This document shows positions 25,865 through 37,950 of a stretch of DNA of 64,000 nucleotides, in pieces. The number at the start of each line of letters is the position of its first letter. Position 1 is the stretch's first letter. The notes beneath the pieces were generated by a model that saw only the letters and a program-made list of their open reading frames with translations, was not told the origin of the DNA and made no database searches. The position numbers were made by a program, and so were the translations under genes. The stretch is from Octopus sinensis (Eukaryota), in the NCBI RefSeq assembly GCF_006345805.1, contig NC_043021.1:1922001-1986000 (forward strand), in the 5' to 3' direction.

Positions 25865-25968
25865 CTATTGACCCTGAAGATGATGAGACTGTAGCTATGA
25901 TAAAGGAGCTGCTTGACACCCGGATTAGACCCACAGTTCAAGAAGATGGTGGAGACATCGTATTCATG
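25865..25968 (+). CDS. NFU1: NFU1 exon 6 (NifU C domain start)
   Basis: [35 protein letters not shown]; canonical AG/GT. Confidence 0.97.
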
Positions 25969-26244
25969 GTTTGTTTTGTCTTTCTTTGTTTTTTTTTTAT
26001 TGTTTACTGGTCTTCCTCTCCCACCCACCCCAGTACACACCGGTGACCCCCAGATATTCTTCTATTCTCTATGGAGTTGCTACAACTTCACCAGCCCCGG
26101 TCTCAAGCCTCCTAATCCCTCCAGTTATAATCTCATGGATCACTATATGTGCAGCAGAGTTGAGAAGGACACTAACCGCTCTGCCTGCAACCAAAAGCCC
26201 ATGCCAGCAGCCAAGATCAAGGAGGTGTTCAAAGATCTTAAGGA

Positions 26245-26820
26245 CACATCTACATCCACTGGGTTCCCTCTTGCCAAGCAGTCTACAAAGAGTACTTTGT
26301 GGAGGTTTTGAAGGAGTTCAAGAAGAGATTCCGTCCCCAAAGGCCAGAGCACCTGCACCACAATTCTGTCCTGGTAACCAACTACTCAACAGAGATGGGT
26401 GTCAAAACTGTCCATCACTAGGGGCAGACCCGAGTGCCCCCTCCCCTCAAGAAAAGAAGTGTGCCCTTCTAAATAATGTTATTACACCCTTTTCTCCTGG
26501 AATTGTATTCCCTTCTGACCTTGTGCCCTCTCTTGAGAAAATTCTTTGGACTGTACCTGATCACCATCCCTACAGTTCACACCTTACTCCCTGTGACTTT
26601 TGGTTGTTGCTCAAGCTGAAAAAGAAGATAAAGGAGGCTGTGACAAGGGTCCTTCACTTTGGAAGACTTCCATGGGGCCTTCATAAAGTGGATGGAGTGC
26701 CACATCAAGTGACTTGATATCGGAGCATCATACATTGAAGGAGATTAGAGTTTTGTACTTGTTTGAAATTAATAAATGTCTCTCCTAAAACAGTCTGGAA
26801 ACTTCTGGAATGCATCTTGT
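26245..26820 (+). mobile_element. mariner transposase remnant, interrupted
   Basis: Recognisable IHWVP...KEYFVEVL, HNSVLVTNYLTEMGVKTVH, HHPYSSHLTPCDFWLLLKLK and ...YIEGD* blocks, with a terminal GTCTGGAAACTTCTGGAATGCATCTTGTA. Confidence 0.8.
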
Positions 26821-26876
26821 ATATATACTGGGTGTTTGGGATATACTTGACGAATTTTTTATGTCTCCTTCTTTCA

Positions 26877-27697
26877 GGAACAGCTTAATATATCGGTGAA
26901 CAATTAATGGCGTTGGGGAGCATAAAGACTCAAGTTATAGTTGAGAAAAAGTTAGCTGCCATGGAGGACTGAAAGCCGTCTGAATGTTGGGAAAAGCCCT
27001 GCATCATGAGGATTCGTGCTGGTTATCAGAATCCCAGCATCGTTACTGCTGCTCAATGCTCGTTGGACATTATAAAGGCTGTAAGCCAGGACATGGACAT
27101 TGTGAAAGCCAAATTCCCCCAAGACTGATGTTCTTTGGGTGTGTCTCTCTGGTGAGGGTGACGTCATGCTGTCCCACGTCTTTGAACAGGGCCTTGGGCT
27201 CAATTTAGACAGCTATGTGAAGCTGCTGGAGGTTGTTGTCAAATTCTGGATGGAGAGGGATTCTGCTGGAAGGCCATATGTGTGGCAGTAGGTTTCAGTT
27301 CCTTATCATACCCCTGGAAAAAGGCAGAAACAGATGTTGGAGAATATCCATGTAGTCTCTAGCCTCCTAATCCCCCCAGTTATAATCTCATGGATCACTA
27401 TATGTGCAGCACAGTTGAGAAGGACACTAACAGCTCTGCCTGCAGCCAAAAGCCCATCCTAGCAGCCAAGATCAAGGAGGTGTTCAAAGATCTTAAGGAC
27501 ACAGTAAGGAAACTATGTGCCAAGTTCCAGAGCTGTCTTAGAGCCATGCTGGAAGCTGAGGGTGGCTACTTTGAGTAAACTTATCTCCCAGCCATAATCG
27601 AGTTGATATTTTTTTGATTTTTTAAAAATGGTTTTATTTTTGGATGAGACATTTTCGTTTCTTTTTATGCAGACTGTCAAGTTTAATCTGAACACTG
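26877..27697 (+). mobile_element. Tc1/mariner-superfamily transposon remnant; 26085-26245 is a partial second copy of its 3' part
   Basis: KFPQ..MFFGCVS.EGDVM.SHVFEQGL, RPYVWQ, NLMDHYMCSTVEKDTN...LEAEGGYFE* catalytic-domain blocks with stops and frameshifts. Confidence 0.8.
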
Positions 27698-27734
27698 TGT
27701 GTGTGTGTATATCATTTAATCATTATATATCATT

Positions 27735-27925
27735 TACGTGCCGGTGGCACATAAAAAGCATCCACTACACTCTTGGAATGGTTGGCATTAGGAAAGGCAT
27801 CCAGCTGTAGAAACCTTGCCAGATCAAACTGGGCCTGGTGCAGCCTCCTGGCTTGCCAGTCCTCAGTCAAACTGTCCAACCCATGCCAGCATATAAAAAC
27901 AGACGTTAAATGATGATGATGATGA
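27735..27925 (+). mobile_element. Interspersed repeat family D with (ATG)n tail (probable RTE-partnered SINE)
   Basis: GTGCCGGTGGCAC...GGCATTAGGAAGGGCATCCAGCTG...CAACCCATGCCAGCAT...ACGTTAAA(TGA)n. Copies near 2195, 24125, 34235(-), 36415(-), 40270, 52290(-), 56480(-). Confidence 0.7.
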
Positions 27926-28046
27926 TTAATCCTCAGTTATTTTTCAGAAAAAATTAATTTAAGAACTATTTGTTGGGGTGGGGTAGATTTTGTTGGGTTT
28001 TTTGCCTTTTTAATAATCAGGAATGTTGTTGTTCTACAAACTGCAG

Positions 28047-28181
28047 GGATTCGAAGATGGAATTGTCAAGCTGAAAATGCAAGGTTCATGTACCAACTGT
28101 CCAAGTTCAGTTGTGACTCTAAAGAGTGGTGTACAGAACATGTTACAGTTTTATATCCCAGAAGTCAAGGAAGTAGAACAG
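28047..28181 (+). CDS. NFU1: NFU1 exon 7 (CxxC Fe-S ligands)
   Basis: [45 protein letters not shown]; canonical AG/GT. Confidence 0.97.
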
Positions 28182-28879
28182 GTAAATTTTCCAACATTGA
28201 CAGAATCTTTTACCATTATTTTGCAGGTTAGAATAGCTGGCAGAGGTTACAATAATGTAAAGCTAAGTTTAACTAACTCTTTAACATTTAAACTGGCCGC
28301 ACCCAGCTCAAATATTCTGTTTTATGTTTAAATTGGTCAGATCCAGCCTCTCACACCTACCCTATAATGTCATTCTAAAAATAAACCATCACATTATTGA
28401 AATCTCAAAACTTCCAGATACTTCAAAACAATGTGAATAAATAAGCATTAGTTTTGACAGGGGAATCGGAATGGTAAACGGTTAAGGATTAGAGACAACA
28501 AATGAGTGAGAAGTGGATTGCAGTGAATAAGATCTTTGGAGAAGAGAACGGGCAATGGAATTTGAGCAAAGAGAGTGTTAAAAATGTAAATAAAAGCCCA
28601 CATTTTTATTATATTGAAATGGGAATTTTTAAGATTTTGCTATCACTTTCGATTGATGCAAAAATTTTGGTTACATATGTAGATAGACTTACCTTATAAT
28701 CATTTATGTAAGATAGGAAACAAATGCAGAAGATTGACTTAGTCTGCAAGTCATAGCCCAGAAAGGTCATCTAGCTCAGAGAGTAGTTACCGTAAATAAA
28801 ACCTTATTTGGAAAGGAAGGATGTCTTTAATTCTGCTGCTGAAAGCATCTCTGGTGCCAATGGCTTAATAAAATCCATC

Positions 28880-29710
28880 AAGAGAAGGCAGCAAGCTGCC
28901 AGAAAAGTTAGCAAGTATTTCGTCTGTCTTAACGTTCTGAGTTCAAATTCTGCCGAGGTCGACTTTGCCTTTCATCCTTTTGAGGTTGATAAATTAAGTA
29001 CCAGTTGATCACTGGGGTCAATCTAATTGACTGCCCCTCCCCCAAAATTTCATGCCTTGTGCCTATAGCAGAAAAGATTATTATTATTAAGGCAACAAGC
29101 TGGCAGAAACGTTAGCACGCCGGGCGAAATGTTTAGCGGTATTTCGTCTGTCTTTACATTCTGAGTTCAAATTCTGCCGAGGTCGACTTTGCCTTTCATC
29201 CTTTCAGGGTTGATAAATTAAGTACCAGTTGAACACTGGGGTCAATCTAATTGACTGCTCCTTGTGCCTAGAGTAGAAAATTTCATGCCTTGTGCCTAGA
29301 GTAGAAAAGATTATTATTAAGGCGGCGAGCTGGCAGAATCGTTAGCACGTTGGGCGAAATGCTCATCAGTATTTCATCTGTTGCTACGTTCTGAGTTCAA
29401 ATTCCCCCAAGGTCGACTTTGCCTTTCATCCTTTCGGGGTCGATTAAATAAGTACCAGTTACACACTGGGGTCGATATGATCGACTTAATCCGTTTGTCC
29501 TCTCTTTGTTTAGCCCCTTGTGGGTAGTAAAGAAATAGGTATTTCGTCTCTTTTTACATTCTGAGTTCAAATTCCACCAAAGTCGACTTTACCTTTCATC
29601 CTTTAAGGGGGGGAGGGTCGTTAAATTAAGTACCGGTTGTGTACTGGAGTCAATCTAATCGACTGTCCCTCCTCCCCCAAAATTTCAGGCCTTGTGCCTA
29701 GAGTAGAAAA
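28880..29710 (+). mobile_element. Four tandem copies or fragments of SINE family B
   Basis: Repeated AAGGCGGCGAGCTGGCAGAA...TTCTGAGTTCAAATTC...GACTTTGCCTTTCATCCTTTC...GAAAAG(ATT)n. Other copies near 3065(-), 32230(-), 38255(-), 38940-39385(-), 41160(-), 41545(-), 42320(-), 48455, 50895, 60660. Confidence 0.85.
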
Positions 29711-29849
29711 GAATAAAAACCATTGAGACTACAGAAAGCAATTGTGATACCCAGGTACCCCATACCAGCATGGAAAGCAGAAGTGAACTCATTATATATA
29801 TATATTATTATAATTTATCTGCAACTCTGTTATCATTTATCCAGGACTG

Positions 29850-30215
29850 TATTATGTGGTAAGTAGCTTGCTTACCAACCACATGGTTCCGGGTTCAGTC
29901 CCACTGCGTGGCATCTTGGGCGTTTTCTGCTATAGCCCTGGGCCCACCAATGTCTTGTGAGTGGATTTGGTAGACGGAAACTGAAAGAAGCCTGTCGTAT
30001 ATATGTATGTGTGTGTCTGTGTTTGTCCCCCTAGCATTGCTTGACAACCGATGCTGGTGTGTTTACGTCCCCGTCACCTAGCGGTTCGGCAAAAGAGACC
30101 GATAGAATAAGTACTAGGCTTACAAAGAATAAGTCCCGGGGTCGATTTGCTCGACTAAAGGCGGTGCTCCAGCATGGCCACAGTCAAGTGACTGAAACAA
30201 GTAAAAGAGAAAGAG
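29850..30215 (+). mobile_element. tRNA-derived SINE family A, near full-length example
   Basis: Head GTGGTAAG...GGTTCCGGGTTCAGTCCC (A/B-box-like), internal (TA)/(TG) tract, tail ...GGTGCTCCAGCATGGCCACAGTC...AACAAGTAAAAGAG. Related copies near 205, 3325, 4441, 15135, 17685, 19790, 20415, 21545(-), 24270(-), 24718, 35443, 41000, 46220(-), 48130(-), 52480(-), 58110, 60530. Confidence 0.85.
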
Positions 30216-30557
30216 ACTGCATTATGTAGTGTTTGTTTTTCTATTAGTAATGTGATTTGAGGGGAATTTGGTTGTTATTTCTTGCTGGTTGTGTAATAAC
30301 ATAAGAGGTTCCTTTGCTGGATTGTTTTATTGTCTTGTGACATTAATAATTAGAGCCAGACCAATCCTGGTTGTATGATCATAGGGGTTCTGCTTATGAC
30401 CATCCCGTTAATTTTATATGTAGACATAATGTAGCTGGAAGTACATTATCCAGTGTGAGACTTCTCTTTAAAACAGCAAGTGAGGATTTAGTTACTATTG
30501 CTAGCAGGTTCACAAACCACATGGATATTCAAACATTGCGTTGTGTCTTTGGTGTAG

Positions 30558-30629
30558 GTCGAGGATGAAATGGATCGAGTTTCCAATTCAGAATTCCAGA
30601 AAGTTGAAGAGAAACTTGGTGATGTATGA
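30558..30629 (+). CDS. NFU1: NFU1 exon 8 (terminal)
   Basis: TAG acceptor, VEDEMDRVSNSEFQKVEEKLGDV then TGA; AATAAA about 100 nt downstream. Eight exons total 822 nt = 273 aa plus stop. Confidence 0.9.
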   Translation, partial: VEDEMDRVSNSEFQKVEEKLGDV

Positions 30630-32429
30630 AGATCTGAAGAAGAAGAAGAGAAAAGATAAGGAAGCCTTCCCTCTTCAAAATCCCTGTTTTCCACCCTCTT
30701 TATTGTACATAGTCTACCCAACAAAAGGTTATAATAAAACTTATCTTCGTGTTTTTCAGTTGTTTTCTTTGTATTTCAATTACAAATGCTTAAAATTGTT
30801 GCTGCTGCTACTGTTGTTGTTGTTGTTTACCCCAGGTGACCCCTAATCAAACAGGCCATTGGCCGTGTAGTTAAGCAGTTTACTTTACGGCCGTATATGG
30901 CTTGAGGTTTGATCCCACGGTGCAGCATCTTGGGCAAGTCTTTTCTACCATAACCTCAAGTAGACGAAATCTTTGAGAGTATAATTTGGTAGACAAAAGC
31001 CTGAAACCGGCACCATTTCTGTTTTGAAATCATAGACTTGGTCTGCTGCTTAATTTAAAACACCATCATCATCACCACCACCATCATCATCACTACCATC
31101 ATCATCATCACCACCACCATCATCACCACCATCATCATCACTACCACCATCATCATCACCACCACTTGGTCCCTGGTTACCTTTAGCAGTTGAAAGGATT
31201 TTGTCTCCAAGCTGAAGGCAACTTTCTCTATTCCTTTCTCCACTCTCAGAAATCCTGCAACATAATGCAAACATGTAGCTTTTTTGTGCATTTTGTTTGC
31301 AGAAAATAAAGAAATAACAATAATAACGTTTAATAAATGTTGCTTACTGCAATTTGTGGATGATTCTTTTATGACTTCATTGCTTTCAGGCTTAGATTAA
31401 GGTATTTTCGAGCCCGACATCACAAAATGTGTCTGAATAAACATTGCCAGACAGCAAATAGAGATTCGGACATTGTTTAGAAGATATTTTTCATTTTTAA
31501 CCTCGTGTATAGTACGCACTAGGGATTTTGACCTTTAAATTTTGAGGGGGAAAATGCGGATTATACTCGAGGATTTACAGTATGCCTCCTTTTACCCCAA
31601 ATGCATTGATGCTTATCCTTCTTGTGTGTGTAGTAGTAGTAGTAGGTAAAATTACCCTCATCAAGCAGGAAAGAATATACAAAGAAAATGAGACAAGAAC
31701 TCTTAGGATTTAAAAGTGATAATCTTCTTCCGTTTATTTATCAAAACAAAGCATTCTGTTCATTTATTCACTGAATTCAGACATACCCCTACCCAACCAC
31801 TACCCAGTCACCAACTGCCATTTACAACTGTGAAACATTGTTAACAAAAATCTAAAAGAAAGACAAAGCAAATATAAAAAAAACTTTCCCTTATTGCAAA
31901 TATTTTTTAAAATTTCAATATTAGATGAATTTTCTCCTTTAAACTCATAAAATAATCTCATTTTCTGTTTGTTTTTTTTTTTTAATATTTTTCATTTTTC
32001 CTTTAAAAATAACAATATAAAAACAGACCCATCCCTTAACCCATCAGTTGTTCTCCTGGGTGCTTGAATATTAAATGCGACAGACAGAGATTGCTGTTTG
32101 ACAGATTGATAAGCTACGACCACATTTGCTTCCCAAACACTGAACTTTGCAAATAATCTTTTATTTTGTATTATAAGCAAGATTCTTTAAGACAAAAATA
32201 AAATAGTAATAATATAATAATAATAATAATGGTTTCAAATTTTGCCACAAGGGCAGGAGTTTTGGGATTACATCGACCCCAGTGTGTAACTGGTACTTAT
32301 TTTATCGCCCCAGAAAGGATGAAAGGCAAAGTCAACCATGGTCGAATTTGAACTCAGAACGCAGTGACAGGCGACATACCACTAAGCATTTCGTCCAACA
32401 AGCTAACGATTCTGCCAGCTCGCCACCTT

Positions 32430-32474
<45 letters not shown>

Positions 32475-33041
32475 TGCTTATAAAATGAGGGAGGGGGTAG
32501 CTAATCAATTACATTGACCCCAGTGTTCAACTGATACTTTATTTTATTGACCCTAAATGGATAAAGGGCAAAGTAGACCCCAGTGGAGGATTTAAAATTA
32601 TGAAACAGAAGGATGTATAACAGTTTGTAGAAGATAAACCTAAATTGGTGCAAGGAGTCAAGAATTTAATGACTTCGGATATTTGCTTTTTCTTTGAGAG
32701 TCAGAAAAATTAAAATCAAAACCCCATTTTCGCTTGAGCCAAAATATTAGATTCTTGACCCCTCACAGCAACTGGACTTGTGAAACTCTTTTATAAACTT
32801 CCAACTATGGAATAATATAACTGCCACTGATGATGCACAGAACATCAGCATTTTCTTTGGTTCCACAGACTTTTATCGGATAACAGTCTCTATAAAGAAA
32901 GAAGTGAACAAGATTTCATATGGAGCAGAAGGCCACCGAGTCCTTCCATGGCATGGGTAGAAGATTGAGAAAGAGACAAAAAATAGAAAAGGCACAAAAA
33001 CAAAAGAAAAGGCAAAAAAAAAAAAACAAAATGTGGGAATT

Positions 33042-33110
33042 CTAAAGTTCTGTGTGTTTAAATATCATGCTGTCCACTCGATGATAAAGTTCATTGTGAT
33101 GTTTCTTGAC
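33042..33110 (-). CDS. LRPAP1: LRPAP1 exon 7 (terminal, ER-retention signal HTEL)
   Basis: VKKHHNELYHRVDSMIFKHTEL then TAG; human RAP ends HNEL. Seven exons total 1035 nt = 344 aa plus stop. Confidence 0.93.
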   Translation of the reverse strand, partial: VKKHHNELYHRVDSMIFKHTEL

Positions 33111-33994
33111 CTGAAATTAAAAACGTAATCCAATTAACATTTACGTCCAGAATAAACAAACAATAAGCAATGTTTTATTGAAAGCTAACCATCTCAGACA
33201 TGGGCCCCGGTGTCTAACTTTACCCTTCACTTGGGCTCCTGAGCAAAAATATAAATAGATGCATACACAGCTCAAGGGTAACAATTGCAGGCAAACTAAT
33301 GGACAGAATCATAAACTCATGTAAATAAAAGGGAATCCTTGACACTAAAAAGGTTGGGAACCACTGGGCTATACTTCCCTTGATCATGTAAACTGACTTG
33401 AGAAATCAATTCTTGAAATTATCTTCCCTTTCTCTGCCACTCCACAAATGGGGAAAAGTCACTCCGCCTGCCTTTAACTCAAAACATTTGTCTAAGGTGC
33501 CAAGGAGAGAAATCGAACCCAGAACTACTTGGTTACAAGATATCTTATTGATTAGACTGTCAGATATCTTACAGCCAACAAAGGAGTCTATTTGTGGCGA
33601 TTCAAATGTTAAAATATCAGTCAAATTGCTCTAAAACTGCACCCTATTGCCTCAACAAGGGAGGAACACATTGGACAATGTAGCCCAATATTTCAGGGAA
33701 CAGGATGGTCATGGAGGGAATACCATTGATCATAGGTTTATTTGTGATCTAGGGCAGCCATGAGCAAACTGCGGCCCATGGGACTTTCTGAATGACATGC
33801 CTAACATAAAATTGCCTTGAATTTTTTTAATAGTTTGGCCAGCCTGATGATAAACCATGTCTCCTGTAGCCTGCCACTTGGAAAAGGTTGCCCATACCTG
33901 ATCTAGAGTTAAAAACAAAAGCAACAGCCCTCACACACACTGTGTGTAGTTTATTTAGCCCCACTGACCCCTTTCCATTATCCAAACAACTTAC

Positions 33995-34153
33995 CACATG
34001 TTCATAATGGTTTGCCTTGTTAACTAAGTCTGTGTGTTTCTTCGGATATTGGCCATCATCAACTTGTTTGTCAAAATACTCTTTCGACTGCATCACCATT
34101 TCTTTCAGAGTCTCATGTTTAGTGATGCGCTGCTGGAAAGATTTTAATTCCTC
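33995..34153 (-). CDS. LRPAP1: LRPAP1 exon 6
   Basis: EELKSFQQRITKHETLKEMVMQSKEYFDKQVDDGQYPKKHTDLVNKANHYEHV; canonical sites. Confidence 0.92.
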
Positions 34154-34631
34154 CTGAAGATGAAGAAACAAATGAAAAAGAAAACAACAGGGTTAATTTT
34201 ACAATTTATCATTAATCATCAGCTAAGAGTTTAATCATCATCATCATCATCATCAGTACTTAACATCCACTTTTCTATGCTTGCATGGATCAGAAATAAT
34301 TTGTTGAGGGAGATTATCTGCAGCTGGATGCCCTTCCTGTCACCAAGCAAAGTAATATTCCACATGACCAGACAGGTTTTCAGAGAAGATTTGAAGCAAA
34401 CGACACCGCTTGTATGACGGGGACATTTTTTTACAACTATCACATGAAGTCAAGATAAGGAAACAGAAACACACACAGACATGCATACATATGCACACAT
34501 GCATGGACACACACACACACACACATCTCTTTCAGTTTCTGTCTACCAAATACACTTACAAGATTTTGGGGGCTATAGTAGAAGACAATTGCCCAAGGTA
34601 CCGTGCTCTAACCACTGAGCTATGTGCCTTC

Positions 34632-34721
<90 letters not shown>

Positions 34722-36082
34722 TCTCAATATAAGCAACAAGAATGACTCCGGTAATTTGGTACGATCGTTTCATACTACATCATTTTATTAAATGTTGTAA
34801 GTATTACAACATATTTAAGATGCTGAGTACTCATCAGCCAATTATAGAGGTTTTCCATTAATACAAAAATTTTCAAATCAAGTGGCAACATTATAGAGAA
34901 GGTAGATATAGAGACAAAGATGTGGATTTAATATATATATATATTTAATATATATATGTTTGTGTCTTTCAGTTTGTGTTAGTCATTCACCATTGTTTGA
35001 CAACTGGACTTGGTTTGTTTACATCCCTATAACTTAATGGTTTGGCAAAAAATGCACTGAAAGTGCTTGTTTGACTAAAACAGTGTTTCTCAACTGGGGT
35101 CCATTTAAGAATTTAGGGGTGCTCACGCCAACAAAATAGTAAACTGGAGATTCAGAATAATATTTTAAGGGTCCCTGAAAAATGTTGCTTCAGATGTATG
35201 TATTGGGTCCATAGATGAGAAATGGTTGAGAACCCCTACTTTAGATGCATGTATTGGTATGTATTGCAAGAAACAGCTGGGTTTCTTTCTCTAACATTTT
35301 ACAGGGTCCAACCTACACAAGGTAATATGTGAAAAACAAATTAGGAATTTTGAAAGAAGTTTCTATAAGACTAGTTTTTAAACATTGAATGGCTATAGGG
35401 GTCCAGCAGAATAAAATAGTAATCAAAGGGGTCCATAGGTACAGGAGTGGCTGTGTGGTAAGTAGCTTGCTTACCAACCACATGGTTCTGGGTTCAGTCC
35501 CACTGCGTGGCATCTTGGGCAAGTGTCTTCTGCTATAGCTTCAGGCTGACCAAAGCCTTGTGAGTGGACTTGGTAGATAGAAACTGAAAGAAGCCCATCG
35601 TGTGTATATATATATATACATGTGTGTGTTTGTGTTTATCCCCTGCCATCGCTTGACAGCCGATGTGGGTGTGCTTGCTTCCTCTTAACTTAGTCGTTCG
35701 GCAAAAGAGTCCGATAGAATAAGTACTAGGCTTACAAAGAATAAAATTTGTTCAACTAAAGGCGGTGCTCCAGCATGGCTGCAGTCAGATGACTGAAACA
35801 AATGAAAGAATAGGTAAAAAATTGTTGAGAACCCCTGGCCCAGCATGGCCACAGTCCAATGACTGAAATAAATAAAAGATAAAAATGTAAAAACAGATGA
35901 GTGTATGTGACAGGAAGAGTATCCTGCCGTAGAAAGACCTGCTTCAATAATCTGTCTGACCTGTGACCCATGCAAGCATGGAAAAGTGGCTGCCAAGACA
36001 ATGATGACAAAAGGTGATTGCAAAAAAAAAAAAAGAAATCGAATTTAAAAGGAAGGAAATAAAGACGAATGTTTAAACAGAC

Positions 36083-36321
36083 CTTAAAATTTTCCAGTTC
36101 GTTCTTAGACATTGCTGTCTTTTTAGCCATGGCGTATAACTGGTACACTCGGAAATCAGTGAAATCCTCATCTACTTTCCCTTCGTTCACCTGTTTGGTC
36201 AAACCATCAAATTTCTTATTAAGTTCTCGATGGACTGCTTTCATTTCTTTATTTTTCACCTTGAATTCTTTATGTACCAGTCTCAATTCGTCATCGCTAC
36301 CCAAGTTGTTATGAGTAACCT
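36083..36321 (-). CDS. LRPAP1: LRPAP1 exon 5
   Basis: KVTHNNLGSDDELRLVHKEF...FTDFRVYQLYAMAKKTAMSKNELENFK (RAP D3 F-x-x-x-R-V-x-x-L pattern); canonical sites. Confidence 0.92.
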
Positions 36322-36910
36322 CTGCAAAACAAACAACAATAAAGGTTTCAAGAAAAAAAATCAACAAGCAAATGAGGAATCATCTACATCAGGCATAAAC
36401 CTTCTTCTTTTCATCATGTCACATCCGTTTTCCATGCTGGCATGGGTTGGACGGCTTGGCAGGAGCTGGAAAACCAGCGGACTATACCGAGCTCTACTTT
36501 CAGTTTTGGTATGGTTTCTATGATTGAATACCCTTTACAGGGTGTATAGGGTACTTTATGATTGACACCAGCACTGGTAAGGTCATCAAGTAACTGAGGG
36601 TGGAGAATAGCACATTCCCATATAACAGTTAAGAACATCACCATTATTGTATTACGCATGCACAGAAGTGTTTGTTCAACTAGGTGTTGCTGGCTTAATT
36701 ACACATGGCTCAAGTTAGAGAAGTGGTGCGTATTATACACAAGGTTTAGGTTTTTCAGAGGTACAGCCCCCTAAAAATCCCCTGCGTATTATACTCAAGG
36801 GCAGACTATACTCAAGGATTTATGGTACCTAAACTTCTCTGCCATTAAAATTATTTGATTGATAAATCAACAAACTAATTAACAAACAAGTTAATTATTT
36901 AATTACTTAC

Positions 36911-37006
36911 TTTCTAAGTCAGCAAGTTTCTCCTTCATCTTTTCATATTCATCGAGTTTCTGTTGGTGTTTCAGGAATTCATCCTGCAATTTACTTAATT
37001 CTTCAT
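36911..37006 (-). CDS. LRPAP1: LRPAP1 exon 4
   Basis: DEELSKLQDEFLKHQQKLDEYEKMKEKLADLE; canonical sites, phase 1 to 1. Confidence 0.92.
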
Positions 37007-37315
37007 CTGCAACAATAACATTATCCTAATTAGTTTTTATCATTATGTAACGAGTTATCATTAGAGAGTGGAAAGGTGGCAGCACTGACAAAATAGATAG
37101 GTATGTAGTTACACATCTGTTGGAGGTATGCAACTACAGATCTCTCAGACTAACAACTTGAAGGTTATTATGGCCAAGCAGGAGGCCAACCAATTAAATC
37201 AATTCCAAGTATTTAATTGGAATTTATTTCTTCGAACCCCAGAAAGACAACTTAAGGCAAAGTTGGCATTACAAGATTTCAATCCAGGACATAAGAATTG
37301 ATGATCAACATCATA

Positions 37316-37354
<39 letters not shown>

Positions 37355-37356
<2 letters not shown>

Positions 37357-37899
37357 GCCCTGATGCAATACCAGGCAGTGGCTTTCATGGCTTCTTGTCT
37401 TAAACGATTGGAAGTGTTATCACGTACATTGTTTTGTCAAATATTTTGAGCAAATATTCTGCTCAATACCACAGATTTGCTTGTCAGTTGTTTGACCATA
37501 ACCAGTTGAGCATGTCCCTTAGTGGCTGACGATATGTGCATCTCTGATTACAAGCAGAAGTAGTGGGGGAGCATCATAGCCATGTGCTGAGAGGGATTCT
37601 TTGGGGTTTGAATAATTCACCTCTGGAAACATGGGTGGTTTTTTCAACATCCTTAAACAACCCTTATTCAGGGACCTTTTGAGTGGGATGGGCTATTCAA
37701 CCAGAAGAAAATTCTAACTGGGCCCCACCTGCAAGGTCATGTGCTGTTTATCTTGATATGAGATCACCATGTCGCGCACATATGGTTGTGATGCATGTGC
37801 CTGGTGTACCCTTATCAGACGGGTAGTCATGATGGGTATATTGGGCTTCGTATATTTTACCCCAGTGTCACTTTGAAGGCATGCACTACTCTCTCACTC
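37355..37899. mobile_element. Unclassified about 545-bp interspersed element embedded in (AAT)n; rearranged second copy at 41890-42252
   Basis: Flanked on both sides by (AAT)n; high similarity to 41890-42252; no ORF. Confidence 0.7.

Positions 37900-37950
<51 letters not shown>

Noticed and set aside
30627-30659. Open frame continuing after the NFU1 stop (RSEEEEEKR)
   Set aside because: Stop context is TGA-A, not the readthrough-prone TGA-CTAG, and the extension is a (GAA)n run.
31050-31291. Minus-strand ORF ending in G/D-rich repeats; possible alternative LRPAP1 last exon
   Set aside because: The acidic run is a (CAT/CAC)n microsatellite, and the TTGCAG acceptor in phase 0 gives only DF-stop; the true HTEL exon is at 33042-33110.
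37360-37380. CCTGGTATTGCA similarity to the U2 snRNA 3' region
   Set aside because: Only about 12 nt match, with no other U2 features.
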